A stretch of DNA of 64,000 bases from Mobula hypostoma (lineage: Eukaryota). A program made the position numbers and the translations under genes. The notes under the pieces are model-generated. The model saw only the letters and a list, made by a program, of their open reading frames with translations, was not told the origin of the DNA and ran no database searches. The DNA is taken from assembly GCF_963921235.1 (NCBI RefSeq), contig NC_086097.1, forward strand, positions 25,608,001-25,672,000. The letters run 5' to 3'. Positions 13,096 through 26,863 of the stretch are shown here, piece after piece; positions within the stretch are counted from its first letter, which is position 1, and each line of letters opens with the position of its first letter.

Positions 13096-14769
13096 TGGAG
13101 TGTGGAAGGAAACGAGTGGATCCAGAGGAAACCCACACAGTCAGGGGAGCACACAGAAACCGCTTATAGACAACGGTGGGAATCAAAACCCAATCTTACA
13201 GCGGGGCTGTAAATTGTTGCACTAACCACTTTGCTACAGTGCCACTCTGCTGTCACAAACACTATAGCAACTTTAATCAGGGACAAGTGCTGGGTCAAAA
13301 ATACAAAAGCTACTCTTGGAGACACCATTTTGCTGTTAGCTACACAGAGACAATACCTTGCAAACAACTTTACTGAATAATATGAAGTTACTGATTTTAA
13401 ACCAAGAAACTTGCCACATAAAGTAAAGGCTTGTCCAGTCAGTCCAGGTGCACTTTCAACAAGATGATGTGTTTATTATTCAGTCAACTGGCATTCAATC
13501 TCTCAGCCATTGAAAGAAAATTCATTCCTTGAGGTTTAGAGTTGCCGGCATCCCCGGAATTATGGGAAGGGGAGAGCGGTATCACAATTTTCCATTACAC
13601 AAAGTTGCATTACCTGAGCATACAGCAAGAAATATGGATTGAAAGAAAATAAATTTTGTTTTGATTTATTTTGTTTCCCCCACATAAATTCTGTGAGAGT
13701 GAGATTTAGTCCGTATCTCAAATTTCTAGGTGTAATTTGTGCACTCTGTAGGGGCAAACTTTAATAACCCAAACAGCTGTAATGCAAGATACACCTGTGC
13801 TTTTTAAGTTTTTAAATTACTTTCTCTCTGCTTCTGATTTCTGATTCTGAGCATTATCTACATGTGAAATCACCAATTTTAATTTCCACTGCCTTTTCAG
13901 TATTTATGCTATTAATTTTGTTCAATAATTTGATTGGCTTGCCCTATTCATTTGGCTCCCAGATGTTCACTGTTCAATGCTGATGCTATCAGCTTACTTC
14001 TTTCAATAACTTGCCACTTGAAAATCTCAATGTGCTGGGAAATGTTTAATTAACGGTAGAGTTGTTATATTCACTCCGACAGCGAATTATGGACCAATGA
14101 GTTCTATTTGAGTATGATTTTAAACTTCAGTTGAAACAACTGCCATAATAAAGATAATCCCTCTAGTGATTTTACATTATTGCTGTTTGTTCATTTGTGA
14201 AAGAGAAGCAGCACTGTATCACCACTTTAATATTCTACATACATTTACACATTGAAGAAGCTTAATAACTTCAAAGATCCATTAACACAAAAAAACATTT
14301 TATTTAAGCACAATGCCAGAATACATTTCCCCCCAGTAATTCTGCAATTGTGATCTAATTGCCTGCATTTGAAAAGAATCTATTCTTTAAGATCTAAATA
14401 TAAATGATGTGTATGTGCCCAAGTACAGTAATTATATCAGAGACTGCAACTTGTACAATATGTTCTTTAGACTCAGAATTGCATTAGAGTTGTAGAATTA
14501 CTGGATGAATCATGGATGATTCATAACTGAATGACAATACGTTTATATTGCGCCCATTACAAAAGCTGCAGGTGATCTCAAAAGTTCCCATAATAATCCT
14601 AAATTTACAGCAATTTGAGCTTCAGAAACTCTGTCACTCTATCGTTAACAGAGAGATGATTAACAGAAGGGTTATATTTCCAAATTGACATCACTGAGAA
14701 GGCAACACAGGACTATACTACACAGAACCATTATGTACATGGCCATGTCAATTACAGGACAGTAATACA

Positions 14770-15580
14770 AATGTTGTGGATAGTGAAGAAGGTTGTCATA
14801 AGTTACAACAGAATATTGTCAATGTTCAAGGTTATAATGGAACATTGACAGGATGCAGAGCGGGGCTGAGAAGTGCCAAATGGAACTGGAGAAAGATACA
14901 GGGTTAATGGCTGGACCCTCTATGGGGTTCATATCCATAGATCCCTCACAGTTGCAGTGCAAGTTAATTGGATTATTGGATTAATATGTATAGTATATTG
15001 ACCTTCATTAGTTGGAGGATTTAATTCAAGATCCATGGGGTAATGTCGCATTTCCATAAAACCCTAGTTAGACCACACTTGAAATATTGTGCTCATTTCT
15101 GGTCGCCTCATTATAGGAAGAATGTAGAAGCTTTAGAGAAAGTGCAGTGGGGATTTACCAGGATGTTGCCTGGATTAGCGAGCATGGATTAGAAAGACTG
15201 AATGAGCTAGGGCTCTTCTGTTTGGATAGAAGGAGGATGAGAGGTGACTTGATAGAGGTGTACCACAGGCATAGATCGAATGGACATCCAAAGACATTTT
15301 CCCAAGGCAGAAGTGGCTAATACAAGGTGGCATAGTTTTAAGGTGATCTTAAGAATGTTTAGGGGAGATATCAGAGGTAGAATTTTTACACAGAGAATGA
15401 TAGGCTCTGGTAGAGGTAGTTACATTAAGAGCATTTAGGTACATTAAGAACATGTATGATAGAAAAATGGAAGGCTATCTAGGAGGGAAAAGTTAAATTG
15501 ATCTTAGCATAGTTTAAAAAGTCAGCACAACATCACAGGCTGAAGGTCCTGTGTGTGCTGAATAGTTCTATGCTCTATGC
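14770..15580 (+). mobile_element. Degenerate CR1 3' fragment
   Basis: AGACCACACTTGAAATATTGTGCTCATTTCTGG (RPHLEYC-like) and GAGGTGACTTGATAGAGGTG (RGDLIEV) remnants. Confidence 0.75.
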
Positions 15581-16659
15581 CCAGTTCTTAGAAGAGCTGC
15601 TTAATATTAAGAAGGCTGTGTCTGCTTAATATTTTTAAAAGGAGATTAATAACTAAAGCATCAATTGAAGTATAATTGACTGTAGGGGAAGTTGCAATAT
15701 CATAAATTTTCAATGAGAGTTTGCCAAATTTGAAATGCAAGATGTTCAACATCCTTCAGTAGCATAATGCACTTCTAAGGGCAACCAAAAGATTTAACAA
15801 GACTACACAAAACTGCATCTGTGGGAGAAAAGTGATTGTCAACATTATGGTCATTTCATCACAGTCATCTCCTACATTACCTGAGGGGTCCATGGACCCC
15901 AGGTTGTGAATCCCTGCTCAAGTAGGTTGTTATTTGGTTAAAAAAATTAAACCGATTAACTTCCAAACATGATTCTGCAATAAATTTGTTTATTTTTTTC
16001 TTTTTAATTTTTTTCTTCTGTAGACCATCTGCGGGGCTGTTAGCATTCAAAATATCCAAAATGAGGTGTGACAAGTAACAATACTGCAATATTGCAAGTA
16101 ACAAAATTGCTGGAATCTAGGACGAAAAGATGCTGCAGGAATTTAGTGGGACTGATAACTTCCATAAAGGGAAATGGACAGTTGACATTTCAGGTCAAGA
16201 TCATTCATCCAGATTGATGAAGGATGTCGATCGCAAATATAGGCTGTCCATTTGCCTCCACAAATGCTGCCCAACCCACTGATTTCCTCCAACTTTGCTC
16301 CAGTCTCTTGTTTCCAAACAGCTGTAGGAACTTAGAGGGACAGGCAGCATTTGTAGAGGGTAAATAGAGAGTTTTAGAACTGAACACTATCCCCAAAGGT
16401 CAATTATTGATCTGCACCCACAAATGCCACCTGACATGCTAACTTCCTCAAACAGTTTTTTGGTTAAAAAAAAATTAAACTATTTAACTTCTAAACTTGG
16501 TTCTGCGAGAACTGTTCATTTTAATTCTTTCATTTTAATTTTCTTTCATTTTAATTCTTTTTCTTTCTCCTGTTTCTTCTCCGATTGTCTAACACTTTCC
16601 TCTGACTTCCTAGATTTCCACATTCGATACAAATCGTAAATAACATCTCCTCTTTGCTG

Positions 16660-17432
16660 ACAATCAGAACAGGTGCACCGCAAGGATGCATGGTTAGCCG
16701 ACTGCTCTACAGTCTCTACGCTCATGACTAGACACAGCTCACATGCCATCTATACTGTAAATTTGCCAATGACACTACTGTTGCTGGCAGAATCTCAGAT
16801 GGTGATGAGGAGGTGCACAGGAGTGAGATAGATCAACTGGTTGAGTGGTGTCACATCAGCAACCTTGTACTCAACATCAGTATACCCAAAGACTTCAGGA
16901 AGGAAGATCAGAAGAACACCCATCAGTCCCCATCGAGCCGTCAACACTGGGAAAGGTGAGCAGCTTCAAGTTCCTGGGTATCAACTTCTCATTGGATCTA
17001 TCCTGGACCCAACATATTGATGCAATCATGAAGAAGGTACACCAGCAGGTATACTTCATTAAGCGTTTGAGAAGATTTGCGATTTCACAAAACATTCTAG
17101 CAAAATTCTACAGATGTACCACGAACAGCATTCTGACTGGTTACATCACCATCTGGTATGGGGGCTCCAAAGAATAGGATCAGAAAAAAAATGCAAAGGG
17201 TTCCACTCCATCATGGACGCAGCCAACTCCATCATGGATGCAAGCTTTTCCACCTTCAAGGAGATCTTCAATAGGCAGTCACTCAAGAAGTGGCATCCAT
17301 CATCAAGGATTCTCACCATACAGGACCTGCCCTCTTCTCACTTCTACCAGCAGAGATGAGTCACAGGAGCCTGAAGACACACTCAACACAAAACAACACA
17401 TTTCATGCCAATGATAATAAACCTGATTCAGA
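16660..17432 (+). mobile_element. Degenerate Rex1/Babar-like RT and 3' fragment
   Basis: ORF 16845..17177 has SSFKFLGI and ILTGYITIWYG. Tail GATAATAAACCTGATTC. Confidence 0.75.
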
Positions 17433-17884
17433 TACTCTTTTATCAAATCCTTGTTCTCTACCATGTTCTGAGATTGAAGTAATCCCTAAATTATGTACAT
17501 TGCTACACCAATGAAATGTTTCCAAGAGTTGATAATGACCAGCAAGTCAATCATGGGACCTTTCACACTCAAAATATTCAAAGTAAGGAGTGATAAGTCA
17601 CAATAAACTGAACAGCCTATAAATAATCTATCTCATCTATTCCACAATTCATATTATTTCAAACTAAAAAAAACTGTAGAACATAGAACAGTACAGCACT
17701 GGACAGACCATTCAGTCCATGATATTGTGCTGTCTTGGTGCCAATTTAACCCCAAGTTTATTGTCATCTGACTGTACATATATACAACCAAATGAAACAA
17801 CATTCCAGACCATGGTGCACCCACAAAACATGTAACACACACAGCTCATAAACTAAAATATTACCATAAATAAGATTATAAAAC

Positions 17885-18990
17885 ACATGTCAGGATGCTG
17901 TTCATCCACTATAGCTCAATAATTAATATCATTATTCCCACAATCCTGATTGAGAAGTTGCAGAACCTAGGCATCTGTACCTCCCTCTGCAATTGTACTT
18001 CCCTCTTCCTAACCGGAAGACCACAATCTGTGCGGATTGGTGATAATATCCCCTCCTCGCTGACTATCAACACTGGCGCACCTCAGGGGTGTGTTTGTAG
18101 CCCACTGCTCTACTCTCTATATACACATGACTGTGTGGCTAGGCATACCTACAATACCATCTATAAATTTGCTGACGTTACAGCCATTGTTGGTAGAATC
18201 TCAGGTGGTGACGAGAGGGCGTACAGGAGTGAGATATGCCAACTAGTGGAGTGGTGCCGCAGCAACAACCTGGCACTCAATGTCAGTAAGACGAAAGAAC
18301 TGATTGTGGACTTCAGGAAGGGTAATAAGACAAAGGAACATATACCAATCCTCCTAGAGGGATCAGAAGTGGAGAGAGTGAGCAGTATCAAGTTCCTGGG
18401 TGTCAAAATCTCTAAGGATCTAACCTGGTCCCAACATATCAGCAAGACAGCCGCTATACTTCATTAGGAGTTTGAAGAGATTTGGTATGTCAACAAATAC
18501 TCTCAAAAACGTCTATAGATGTACCGTGAAGAACAATCTGACAGGCTGCATCACTGTCTGGTACGGCGGGGGGGGGGGGGGGCTACTGCACAGGACCAAA
18601 AGAAGCTGCAGAGGGTTGTAAATTTAGTTGGCTCCACTTTGGGTACTAACCTGCAAAGTACCCAGGACATCTTCAAGGAGCCGTGTCTCAGAAAGGCAGC
18701 GTCCATTATTAAGGACCTTCAGCACCCAGGGCATGCCCTTTTCTCACTGTTATCATCAGGAAGGAAGTACAGAAGCCTGAAGGCACACACTCAGCGATTC
18801 AGGAACAGCTTCTTCCCCTCTGCCATCCGATTCCTAAATGGACATTGAATCTTTGGACTCTACCTCATGTTTTTTAATGTACAGTACTTCTGTTTTTTGC
18901 ACTTTTTAAAATCTATTCAATATATGTATACTGTAATTGATTGATTTACTTATTATTTTTTTTCTCTTCTATATTATGTATTGCATTCTG
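17885..18990 (+). mobile_element. Rex1/Babar-like LINE fragment (RT to 3' UTR)
   Basis: ORF 17895..18467 has [20 protein letters not shown] and YKFAD; ORF 18519..18848 has RFRNSFFPSAIR. Confidence 0.88.
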
Positions 18991-18999
18991 AAATGTAAT

Positions 19000-20560
19000 T
19001 CAAAATGAAAGCACTACAGGTAAATGGCAAACAGTACAGTAAACAGTACTGTCCTAGTGATTAGACCTCAGGTGGCAGGGTATTCATTAGTTTCGAAGCC
19101 TGAGGGAAGAAGCTGTTACAGTCTGGCAGTCCTAGTCCTGATGCTTCTGTACCTCCTTCCTCATAGCAGTGGATCAAAAAGATTGTGGGATGGGTGGTGG
19201 GGATCCTCTACAATGTTTTTGACACTTTGTCTGCAACGGTCCTAGTAATTGGCACAAATGGGGGTGGGGAGGGGGACACCAGCGATCCTCTTGGTGGTTT
19301 TAACCATCCTCTGTAGGGTCTTACCGTCTGATGCCTTGTAGCTTCCGTATCACACAATGATGCAGCCAGACAAGATATTCTCAATGGTGCTTCTGTAGAA
19401 AGTTGCTGGAATAGGGCCATGGAGCCCTGCCTGCCTCAATCTCCTCAGAAAGCGTAGACGATACTGTGACTTCTTAACTACTGAGCAAGTGTTATAGGTT
19501 CAGGTTAGATCATCCATTATGTGCACACTAAGGAACTTATTGCTCTTCACTTTTTCCAAAGCACGGCCATTGCTGTTCAATGCAGAGTGATCAACATGTG
19601 TCGTCCTGAAGTCCACAACCATCGCTTTTGTCTTGGCCACATTGAGACTCGAGTTGTTGTTCTCACACCTCTTGACAAGCTTCTCAACTTCCTCCCTGTA
19701 TGCCGACTCATCATTGCTGCTGACGAGGTCCACCACTGTTGTATCATCAGCAAACTTGATGATGCGATTTGAGCTGAATCTGGCAGTGCAGTCGTGAGTC
19801 AGCAGCAGGAACTGCAGAGAGCTGAGCATATAGCCCCAGGGACCACCAGTGCTCAACATAAAGGCACCTGAGATGTTGCTGCCAACTCAGGCTGACTGGC
19901 GTCGTTAACTAAGAAGTCCAAGATCCATTTGCATAGAGGGTTGTTGAGTCTCAATGAGGAGAGTTTGCCCACCAGCCTCTGATCGTGTTAAATGCCAAGC
20001 TGAAGTCGATGAACAACATCCTGTTGTATGGGAAATCGTTTTCTAGGTGAGACAGGTCATACTGGATGGCCAAGGCTATGGTATCATCAGTGCACTGGTT
20101 TGAGTGATCAGCGAAATGGAAAGGGTCCAATGTAACTGGACTGTGGCATTTTATATGATCCATTACCAGCCGCTCAAAGCACTTCATGATTGTTGAAGTT
20201 AGTGCCACTGGGTAGTAATTGTTGCTCTCTTGGGCACCAGAATGATAGTGGCTGCCTTGAAGCCTGCAGGATCAGTAGACTGTTTCAAAAAGATGTTAAA
20301 TATGTCCATTAATATATCTGTTAGCTGATCCACACAGTCCCTCAGCACTCGGCCAGTATGTTATCCAGCCCCACAGCTTTGCTTAGGTTTATCTGGCTAG
20401 GATCCTCCTCACCTCAGCTGCAGCCAGAGAGGGTGCCTGTTCCTCGAGGGATAAGGGTCTTTCCTCAATATCACATTATAGGCTGAATGCCTTCTATGAT
20501 TTGGTTATTCAGTACATCAAATCATAGAAGGCATTCAGCCTATCAGAAAGAGAGGCATTG
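19000..20560 (-). mobile_element. Older Rex1/Babar-like LINE fragment
   Basis: ORF 19500..19859 has IIKFADDTTVV; ORF 19951..20208 has [14 protein letters not shown] and RMLFIDFS. Confidence 0.82.
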
Positions 20561-21224
20561 GTGTTCCCCTCCTGTGTATCATCTATATCCCTCCATTCCC
20601 TTCTTAATCATTTTATCTTTTATCCCCACTCTCCACCCTCCATTAACAAAAGTTATGAATAATTAAACAAAAGGTGAGGATTTTCCTTTAACCTGTAGCT
20701 CTAGCTATGACTTTGAAAGCTAAAATTTATATATACTTTTTAAAAGATCGGCCTTTTATGGGTGATGTGGGCACAACTATCTATGCTGGTACATGATTTT
20801 TCCGACAACAAAATGTAGTTGAATGTTTCAAAAAGAAAATCAGAACAATATATTCTGCCCAATTCAACCACTATATTCAAACAAAGGTTCTTTAAGGGTC
20901 TAATTTAAACCTAGAGTCTTTATACTGTACAACTCAAACTACTTAATAATTCAAATCTATCTGACACAAAAGGAGCTGAATCATCAAGCATAGAAAATAT
21001 ATTTGATGGTACACTTGAAAAGATAAAAGCTTACAAATGAAAACTCTGAACTGAAAGCAAAACATTCTAAATCTTCCAATTCAACTGGACAGCCACCATA
21101 ACTTGAAAGTATTTCTTAATCCATATGAAAATAAACATAAAATCAGTTTCACTGATATCAAAATGAAATTATCTTCTGTGAGGATTGATAGTGCGATCAC
21201 TTGAGTTCAGTATGATGGTCCACT

Positions 21225-21597
21225 GAGGGGTTTACGGGTTGTTAAGAGAGGATTCCCTTAACGAAGAACACTTGTGCGTGACTTTAACGAGTTGAGGCTG
21301 ATGCATGGGCAGCCAACATGCCAACCTTGACAGATCATGATCAGGGCCCAGTGGCATGGAATGCAAGACGACTGGGAACCCTTCACTGCTGCAGCCTTCC
21401 TCCACCTTCACTGCTGTTACGATGTGTCGTCATCAACCACTGAAGTCTTGGATGGATCACTCTTTTTCTGGAATCACCCCCTTAAATTTACCATCATGGA
21501 TGGCCTACTAGGAGCTAAGCTGCAGACGGCATTGCTCTCAGGATCTCAGGAACCGACAAGTCTCTCCACCATGACAAAGTGACAATCCTTGGAGAAG
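21225..21597 (-). mobile_element. Non-autonomous element resembling an RTE-clade (Rex3/Expander-like) 5' UTR
   Basis: Starts GGATTGTCACTTTGTCATGGTGGAGAG on the minus strand. Homologous to 55676-56080 (+) and 56310-56590 (+). No ORF. Confidence 0.55.
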
Positions 21598-22869
21598 TGT
21601 GAGCATTATCTGCCACTGTAATATAGTAATGTCCAAACAAATGTGCAAAGCCAAATAACTTGTACAAGAAACAAAACACCCTCTGTAACTTTCATCACAG
21701 CACACGTTGCTTGAAGCAACATGTATGGAGGATACAATACACAGGATTGGAAAAAGCTGCAGAGGGTCATAAACTCAGCCAGTTCCATCATGGGCATAGT
21801 CTACCCAGCATCGAGGACATCTTCAAACGGCGAAGCCTCAAGAAAGTAACATCCATCATTAAAGATCCCCACCACCTAGGGCATGCCCTGTTCTTATTAC
21901 TACCATCAGGGAAGTAATATAGGATACTGAAGAAGTTCAAAGTAAATTTATTACTGAAGTACTTATATATCACTATATACTGACATCATCACTATATCTT
22001 GCGGGCATACTAGGGTGAAGAAGCTATTTAAGAACAACTTTCTCACTTCCCCCATCAGATTACTGATCAATGCATGGGCCCAAAAACATTCCCTCAACAT
22101 TTTGCTCTCGTTTTGCACAACTTATTTAATTTTTACATTTCTTATTATACTTACAGTATGTTTTATGCACTGGACTGGACTGGACTGCTGTTGCAAAACA
22201 ACACAGTGAGGGGGTCGGGGATTGTTATCGTGGCTGCTTTTTGCTGCAGGGAGCGGGGTTGTGCAAATATTGTTTTTTTTTCTTTTTGGTCTCGAGGGGT
22301 AGTTGACGTATTTTCTTTCATCAACACACATGGTCTTTCTGTATTTAATGCCTGTCTGGCGTGGACAAATATCCGAGCTGTATTGCACATGCACATTTTG
22401 ACAGTAACATTTGAATTTTATGACGTATGTCAGTGATAATAAACCTGATTCCAATTCTGAGATCTCGTGTAGAATTACATCAGTATATAATTAGTCCATT
22501 GTCATCTGTCAAAAGGTAGATAATATTTTCTTTTCAAATTAATAGTAATTAATGGAACTTCTTTCTGAAAATGACACTTCAAGTAGATAAAGTTGGGAAG
22601 AAGATGCAGCCTACATCATTCAGAGTCAGGAAGTTGTGTTACAGCTGTATAAAGATTTGATTACACAAGAGACTGCAGATGTTAGAATATGCAGCAACAA
22701 TTTGCTGGAGGAACTCAGTAGGTTGAGTAGCAGCTGTGGGAGGAAAGGAATTGTCAGTGAATTTAAGAGGAACTATCTATGTTTCGGGTACTGATGCAGG
22801 GTTTCAATGTGAAACTTCAACTGTTCCTTTTCCTCCAGAGATGCCACTCATCCCACTGAATTCCTCTAC

Positions 22870-23046
22870 GGAGGGAGGAGAAGATGGCGGCGCAATGCAG
22901 CGGACATGGCCATTCCGAATGAATATCGATATGTGTAACTAGGGGGCCGTGCATCAGTCCGGATTTGATGGAGATAGCCGTGAAAGTGCAGAGGAACATC
23001 TGGAGTAACTTCTGAAATGCCTGCTTCGCTGCCGCTGCTACTGTGC
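22870..23046 (+). mobile_element. GC-rich segment starting AAGATGGCGGCG (YY1 motif), probable LINE 5' end fragment
   Basis: YY1 consensus at about 22881-22892 with an abrupt composition change. Confidence 0.4.
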
Positions 23047-24707
23047 TTATTGCTAAAGTTTGGATCAGGCTGCATTTGCTGTATGGTGTGCAGTTCTGGT
23101 TGCCCCGTTGTGGGAAGTATGCATGTGGAGGCTTTGCCTGTCTAAATGACTCTTAAACTTTGCTATTGTATCAGTTTCAATCACCTCCCCGAGCAACAGG
23201 TTCCAGGCACACACCACTCTCTGTGAAAGCAAACTTGCCAACTATGGTTGTTCTCCTTAGAACAAAAAAGGTTGAGAGGTAACTTGATACAGGTCCTGCA
23301 GTACTATGATGGATTAGACAAAGAAAAACTGTTCCCATCAGTTTATAATACAAGGTCAAAGTAATACAGATTTAAGGCGTTGGGCAGGAGATACAGCAGA
23401 ATGAGCAAAAGAATTTCTTTTAACCATAGTGAGTGGAATTCACTGCTTACAGGAAGCCACAGGGAAAGAGCACCAGCATGATCTCAAAGGGCCAAATGGA
23501 CACCTTCTGTGCTACAATGACTCTGGGATGCTGTGAAGCAGACATAATTAAGTTTGCACATTAATCACAGACATGTAAAGTAGTGCAGAAAACACCCCAG
23601 GCTATTCACACCTAGACAAAATGAAAATACATATACTATTAAACAACCCCCTAACCAAGTCACTTTCAGGAACAGTAACAGCAACAGAAAAAAAATCACT
23701 GCAACTTTTTCAGAAGAATATCACAATTTGTTACGGCACATCAAGCAACATTATTGGAGGCGATGCATTGTATCAGCTGATATCAATTTATCCTCTATAA
23801 CTCAAACAGATCTTCGTTTCAGGAAGCAGGTAATGTTCTTTCAAAGGACTCCACACTAATCTATTTCTACATCAAACTAAACTAGTTTTGGCATTTGTTT
23901 CCTTATGCCCCCAAACACAGCGGTCAATTTGTACATCACTAGGTCCAAAAAACAACAAAGATGAATGACCAATCAATTGGTTCTGTTTCCTGCTGTTGGT
24001 GGCAAGAGTAATGACAGAGAACAGTCATATCCTTCCAATAGGAGCCTCAGTTCAATATCTCATCTGAAAGACTGTACTACCTTTAGTGCAATGCTCCCAA
24101 GCATACATGCCTACTGAAGGGACACATGAAGTTTCATGTAGTGTTAGTCAAATGGTCTGCTACTGTAAAGTTATTTAATAACATACAACCTTATTGTCTG
24201 AAAAGGTAATATGTCATTCAAAGGTTGAGCGAGATCAGGCTTTTTCTTTGGAATGGACGAGGATGAGCAGTGATCTGATAGAGGTGTACAAGATGATAAG
24301 AGGCACAGACTGAGTGGATAGCCAAAGAGTTTTTCCCAGGGCGGAAATGGCTAATACAAGTCAGAATAAGAGGGGAGGGGAATGTCAGAGGTAACTTCTT
24401 TACACTAGTGGTGAGTGTGGGGAACACCCTGCCAGGGGTGGCGGTAAACACAGATGTATTAAAAGCATTTAAGAAGCTCTTAGAAAGGAACACGGATGAA
24501 AAAAATTGTAGGGCTATGGCGGAGGGAAGTGTTCGATTCATCTTAGAGTACATTAAAGTTAAAAATTCAAATTAAAACTTATTACCAGAGTACATACATG
24601 TAACCACATACAACCCTGAGATTCTTCTTCTGCAGTCATACTTAGCAAATCTATAGAATAACTGTAAACTGTAAATATCAGGAACTATAAACTGTAAACA
24701 AACTGTG

Positions 24708-25295
24708 TGTGACGCGTTGTAAGGTTTCACTGCTAATGTAATGGCCTCTCTGTAATGTTTCACTGCTAATGTAATGGTTTCTCTGTAGCAGCAATGTCTG
24801 AGTTATGACTAGAGATAACAGGGGTTTTGGAATGTGGGCTATCCAATGAGAGGCGTGTTGTTCTTTCTTGTGGGTCTGAGAGAAGGAATATCGTGGTCAT
24901 TTGCCGGTGAGAGATAAAGAGAGAAGACGCAAGTAGAGAGAGTTGGTCGACCGCAGGACGGAGTGGACTTGGAGCGAGGGTCCAAAGGTCAGCAACACTC
25001 AGAGGAGGTCAATGAGGAACGGATGGACGGAACCGTGAGCTCCGACGTGCACATTAAACTGTTTCATTAGAAAGGGCCCTTCTTTTTATTTTCTTTATAA
25101 CCCTATATTCAGATTAAGATTTATAAAGTTCAATCATTTACTTGCATATGGTGTACTGTTTGATATTTTGAGGTACGGATTTGTAACCGGACAACACATC
25201 ACACAGCATCCACACAAATGAGATTTTTCAGTTTGGCTGGGCCAGAAGTTGTCTTCCCCTAGACACATGCATGCTGGCCGAACCTGAGGGTTAAA
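24708..25295. mobile_element. Solo LTR (588 bp), probably Gypsy/Ty3 class
   Basis: Begins TGTGAC and ends GGGTTAAA (TG...CA with one substitution). 4-bp TSD TGTG at 24704-24707 and 25296-25299, with the host repeat resuming across it. Internal CCAAT (24843), ATTAAA (~25052) and a ~30-bp duplication near its start. Confidence 0.72.
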
Positions 25296-25437
25296 TGTGC
25301 AAATGCAGATATAAATATAAGGTCAGCACAACATTGGAGGGTTGAAGGGCCTGTACTGTACTGTTCTATGTTGAAATACTTCCAAAAGCAAAAGACTCAA
25401 CACCAGAGAGATGCGATCAGTCAAAATATTAACTTAC

Positions 25438-25518
25438 CAGGAACTTCTCCTCTTGAGATTTTGAAAGTTTACTCTTCATCCCCTCCACTTCGTCAATCTT
25501 ATCACGTTTCTTTAACTC
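25438..25518 (-). CDS. CEP128: Preceding internal coding exon of the same gene, ELKKRDKIDEVEGMKSKLSKSQEEKFL
   Basis: On the minus strand, TTTTGCTATTTATTTTTAAAAG precedes an 81-nt open phase-0 exon followed by GTAAGT. It joins in frame to the 5066-5140 exon and resembles the recalled CEP128 segment immediately upstream (EALKKQEAKADEHEGAIKNKLRQTETEKNQ). Confidence 0.78.
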
Positions 25519-25875
25519 CTTTTAAAAATAAATAGCAAAACTTAGACTTCAAATACCACAAGCACCAATTTTCAAACAGAACAATTCTTAAAAGAGATGC
25601 AGATTTGGAGAGTGAATAGAGATGTTTTCTGTTCCAACTATTTTAGATGAGTGTGTGTGTGAACAAAGATTACTAGGGTGTCAACAGGTTTGCATAAAGC
25701 AAAATCAAATACACCTGCACCAGTTGGGACAACACAACTCTACAGAGGCTAAAAAGAATCAGATTCTATTATTTCACAAACACGAGGAAATCTGCAGATG
25801 CAGGAAATTTAAGCAACACACACAAAAAATGCTGGTGAACGCAGCAGGCCAGGCAGCATCTATAGGAAGAAGTAC

Positions 25876-25912
25876 AGTCGACGTTTTCGGGCCAAGACCC
25901 TTCGTCAGGACT
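25876..25912 (-). ncRNA. Hammerhead ribozyme variant (one extra A after GAAA)
   Basis: Minus strand reads AGTCCTGACGAAGGGTCTTGGCCCGAAAACGTCGACT. Confidence 0.7.
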
Positions 25913-26827
25913 AACTGAAAGAAGAGATAGTAAGAGATTTGAAAGTGGGAGGGGGGGGGAGGGGGAGGGGGAGATCGGAAATGACAGGAGAAGACAGGAG
26001 GGGGAGGGATGAAGCTAAGTGCTGGAAAGTAGATTGGCAAAAGGGGTACAGAGCTGGAGAAGGGGGAGGATCATGGGATGGGAGGCCTAAGGAGAAAGAA
26101 AGGGGGAGGGAAGCCCAGAGGAAGATGGAGAGCAGGCAAGGAGTAATGTGAGAGAGAAAAAAGAGAAAACAAAAGGGGAGGGAAATAATAGATAAATAAG
26201 GGATGGGGTAAGAAGGGGAGGAGGGGCATTAATGGAAGTTAGAGAAATCAATGTTCATGCCATCAGTTTGGAGGCTATTCAGATGGAATACAAGGTGTTA
26301 TTCCTCCAACCTGAGTGTGGCTTCATCTTGACAGTAGAGGAACCCATGGATTGACATATCAGAATGGGAATGGGACATGGAATTAAAATGTGTGGCTACT
26401 GGGAGATCCTGCTTTCTCTGGCAGACAGAGCGTAAGTGTTCAGCGAAACAACACCTTATATCCTGTCTGGTAGCCTCCAACCTGATGGCATGAACATTGA
26501 TTTCTCTAACTTCCATTAATGCCCCTCCTCCCCTTCTGACCCCATCCCTTATTTATTATTCCCCTTTTTTTTCTTCTTTTTTCTCTCTCTGTCCCTCTCA
26601 CAATCACTCCTTGCCTGTTCTCCATCTTCCTCTGGGCTCCCCTCCCCCTTTCTTTCTCCCTAGGCCTCCCATCCCATGATCCTCTCCCTTCTCCAGCTCT
26701 GTATCCCTTTTGCCACTCAACTGTCCAGCTCTTAGCTCTATCCCTCCCCCTCCTGTCTTCTCCTATCATTTCGGGTCTCCCCCTCCCCCTCCCACTTTCA
26801 AATCTCTTACTAGCTCTTCTTTCAGTT

Positions 26828-26863
26828 AGTCCTGACGAAGGTTCTCGGCCTGAAACGTCGACT
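26828..26863 (+). ncRNA. Minimal hammerhead ribozyme
   Basis: AGTCCTGACGAAGGTTCTCGGCCTGAAACGTCGACT with an intact core. Confidence 0.85.

Noticed and set aside
16515..16749. Charged peptide KSEESVRQSEKKQEKEKELK as a coiled-coil exon
   Set aside because: Runs out of a Rex1 fragment into a short TTCATTTTAATT tandem repeat and ends in a stop without splice signals.
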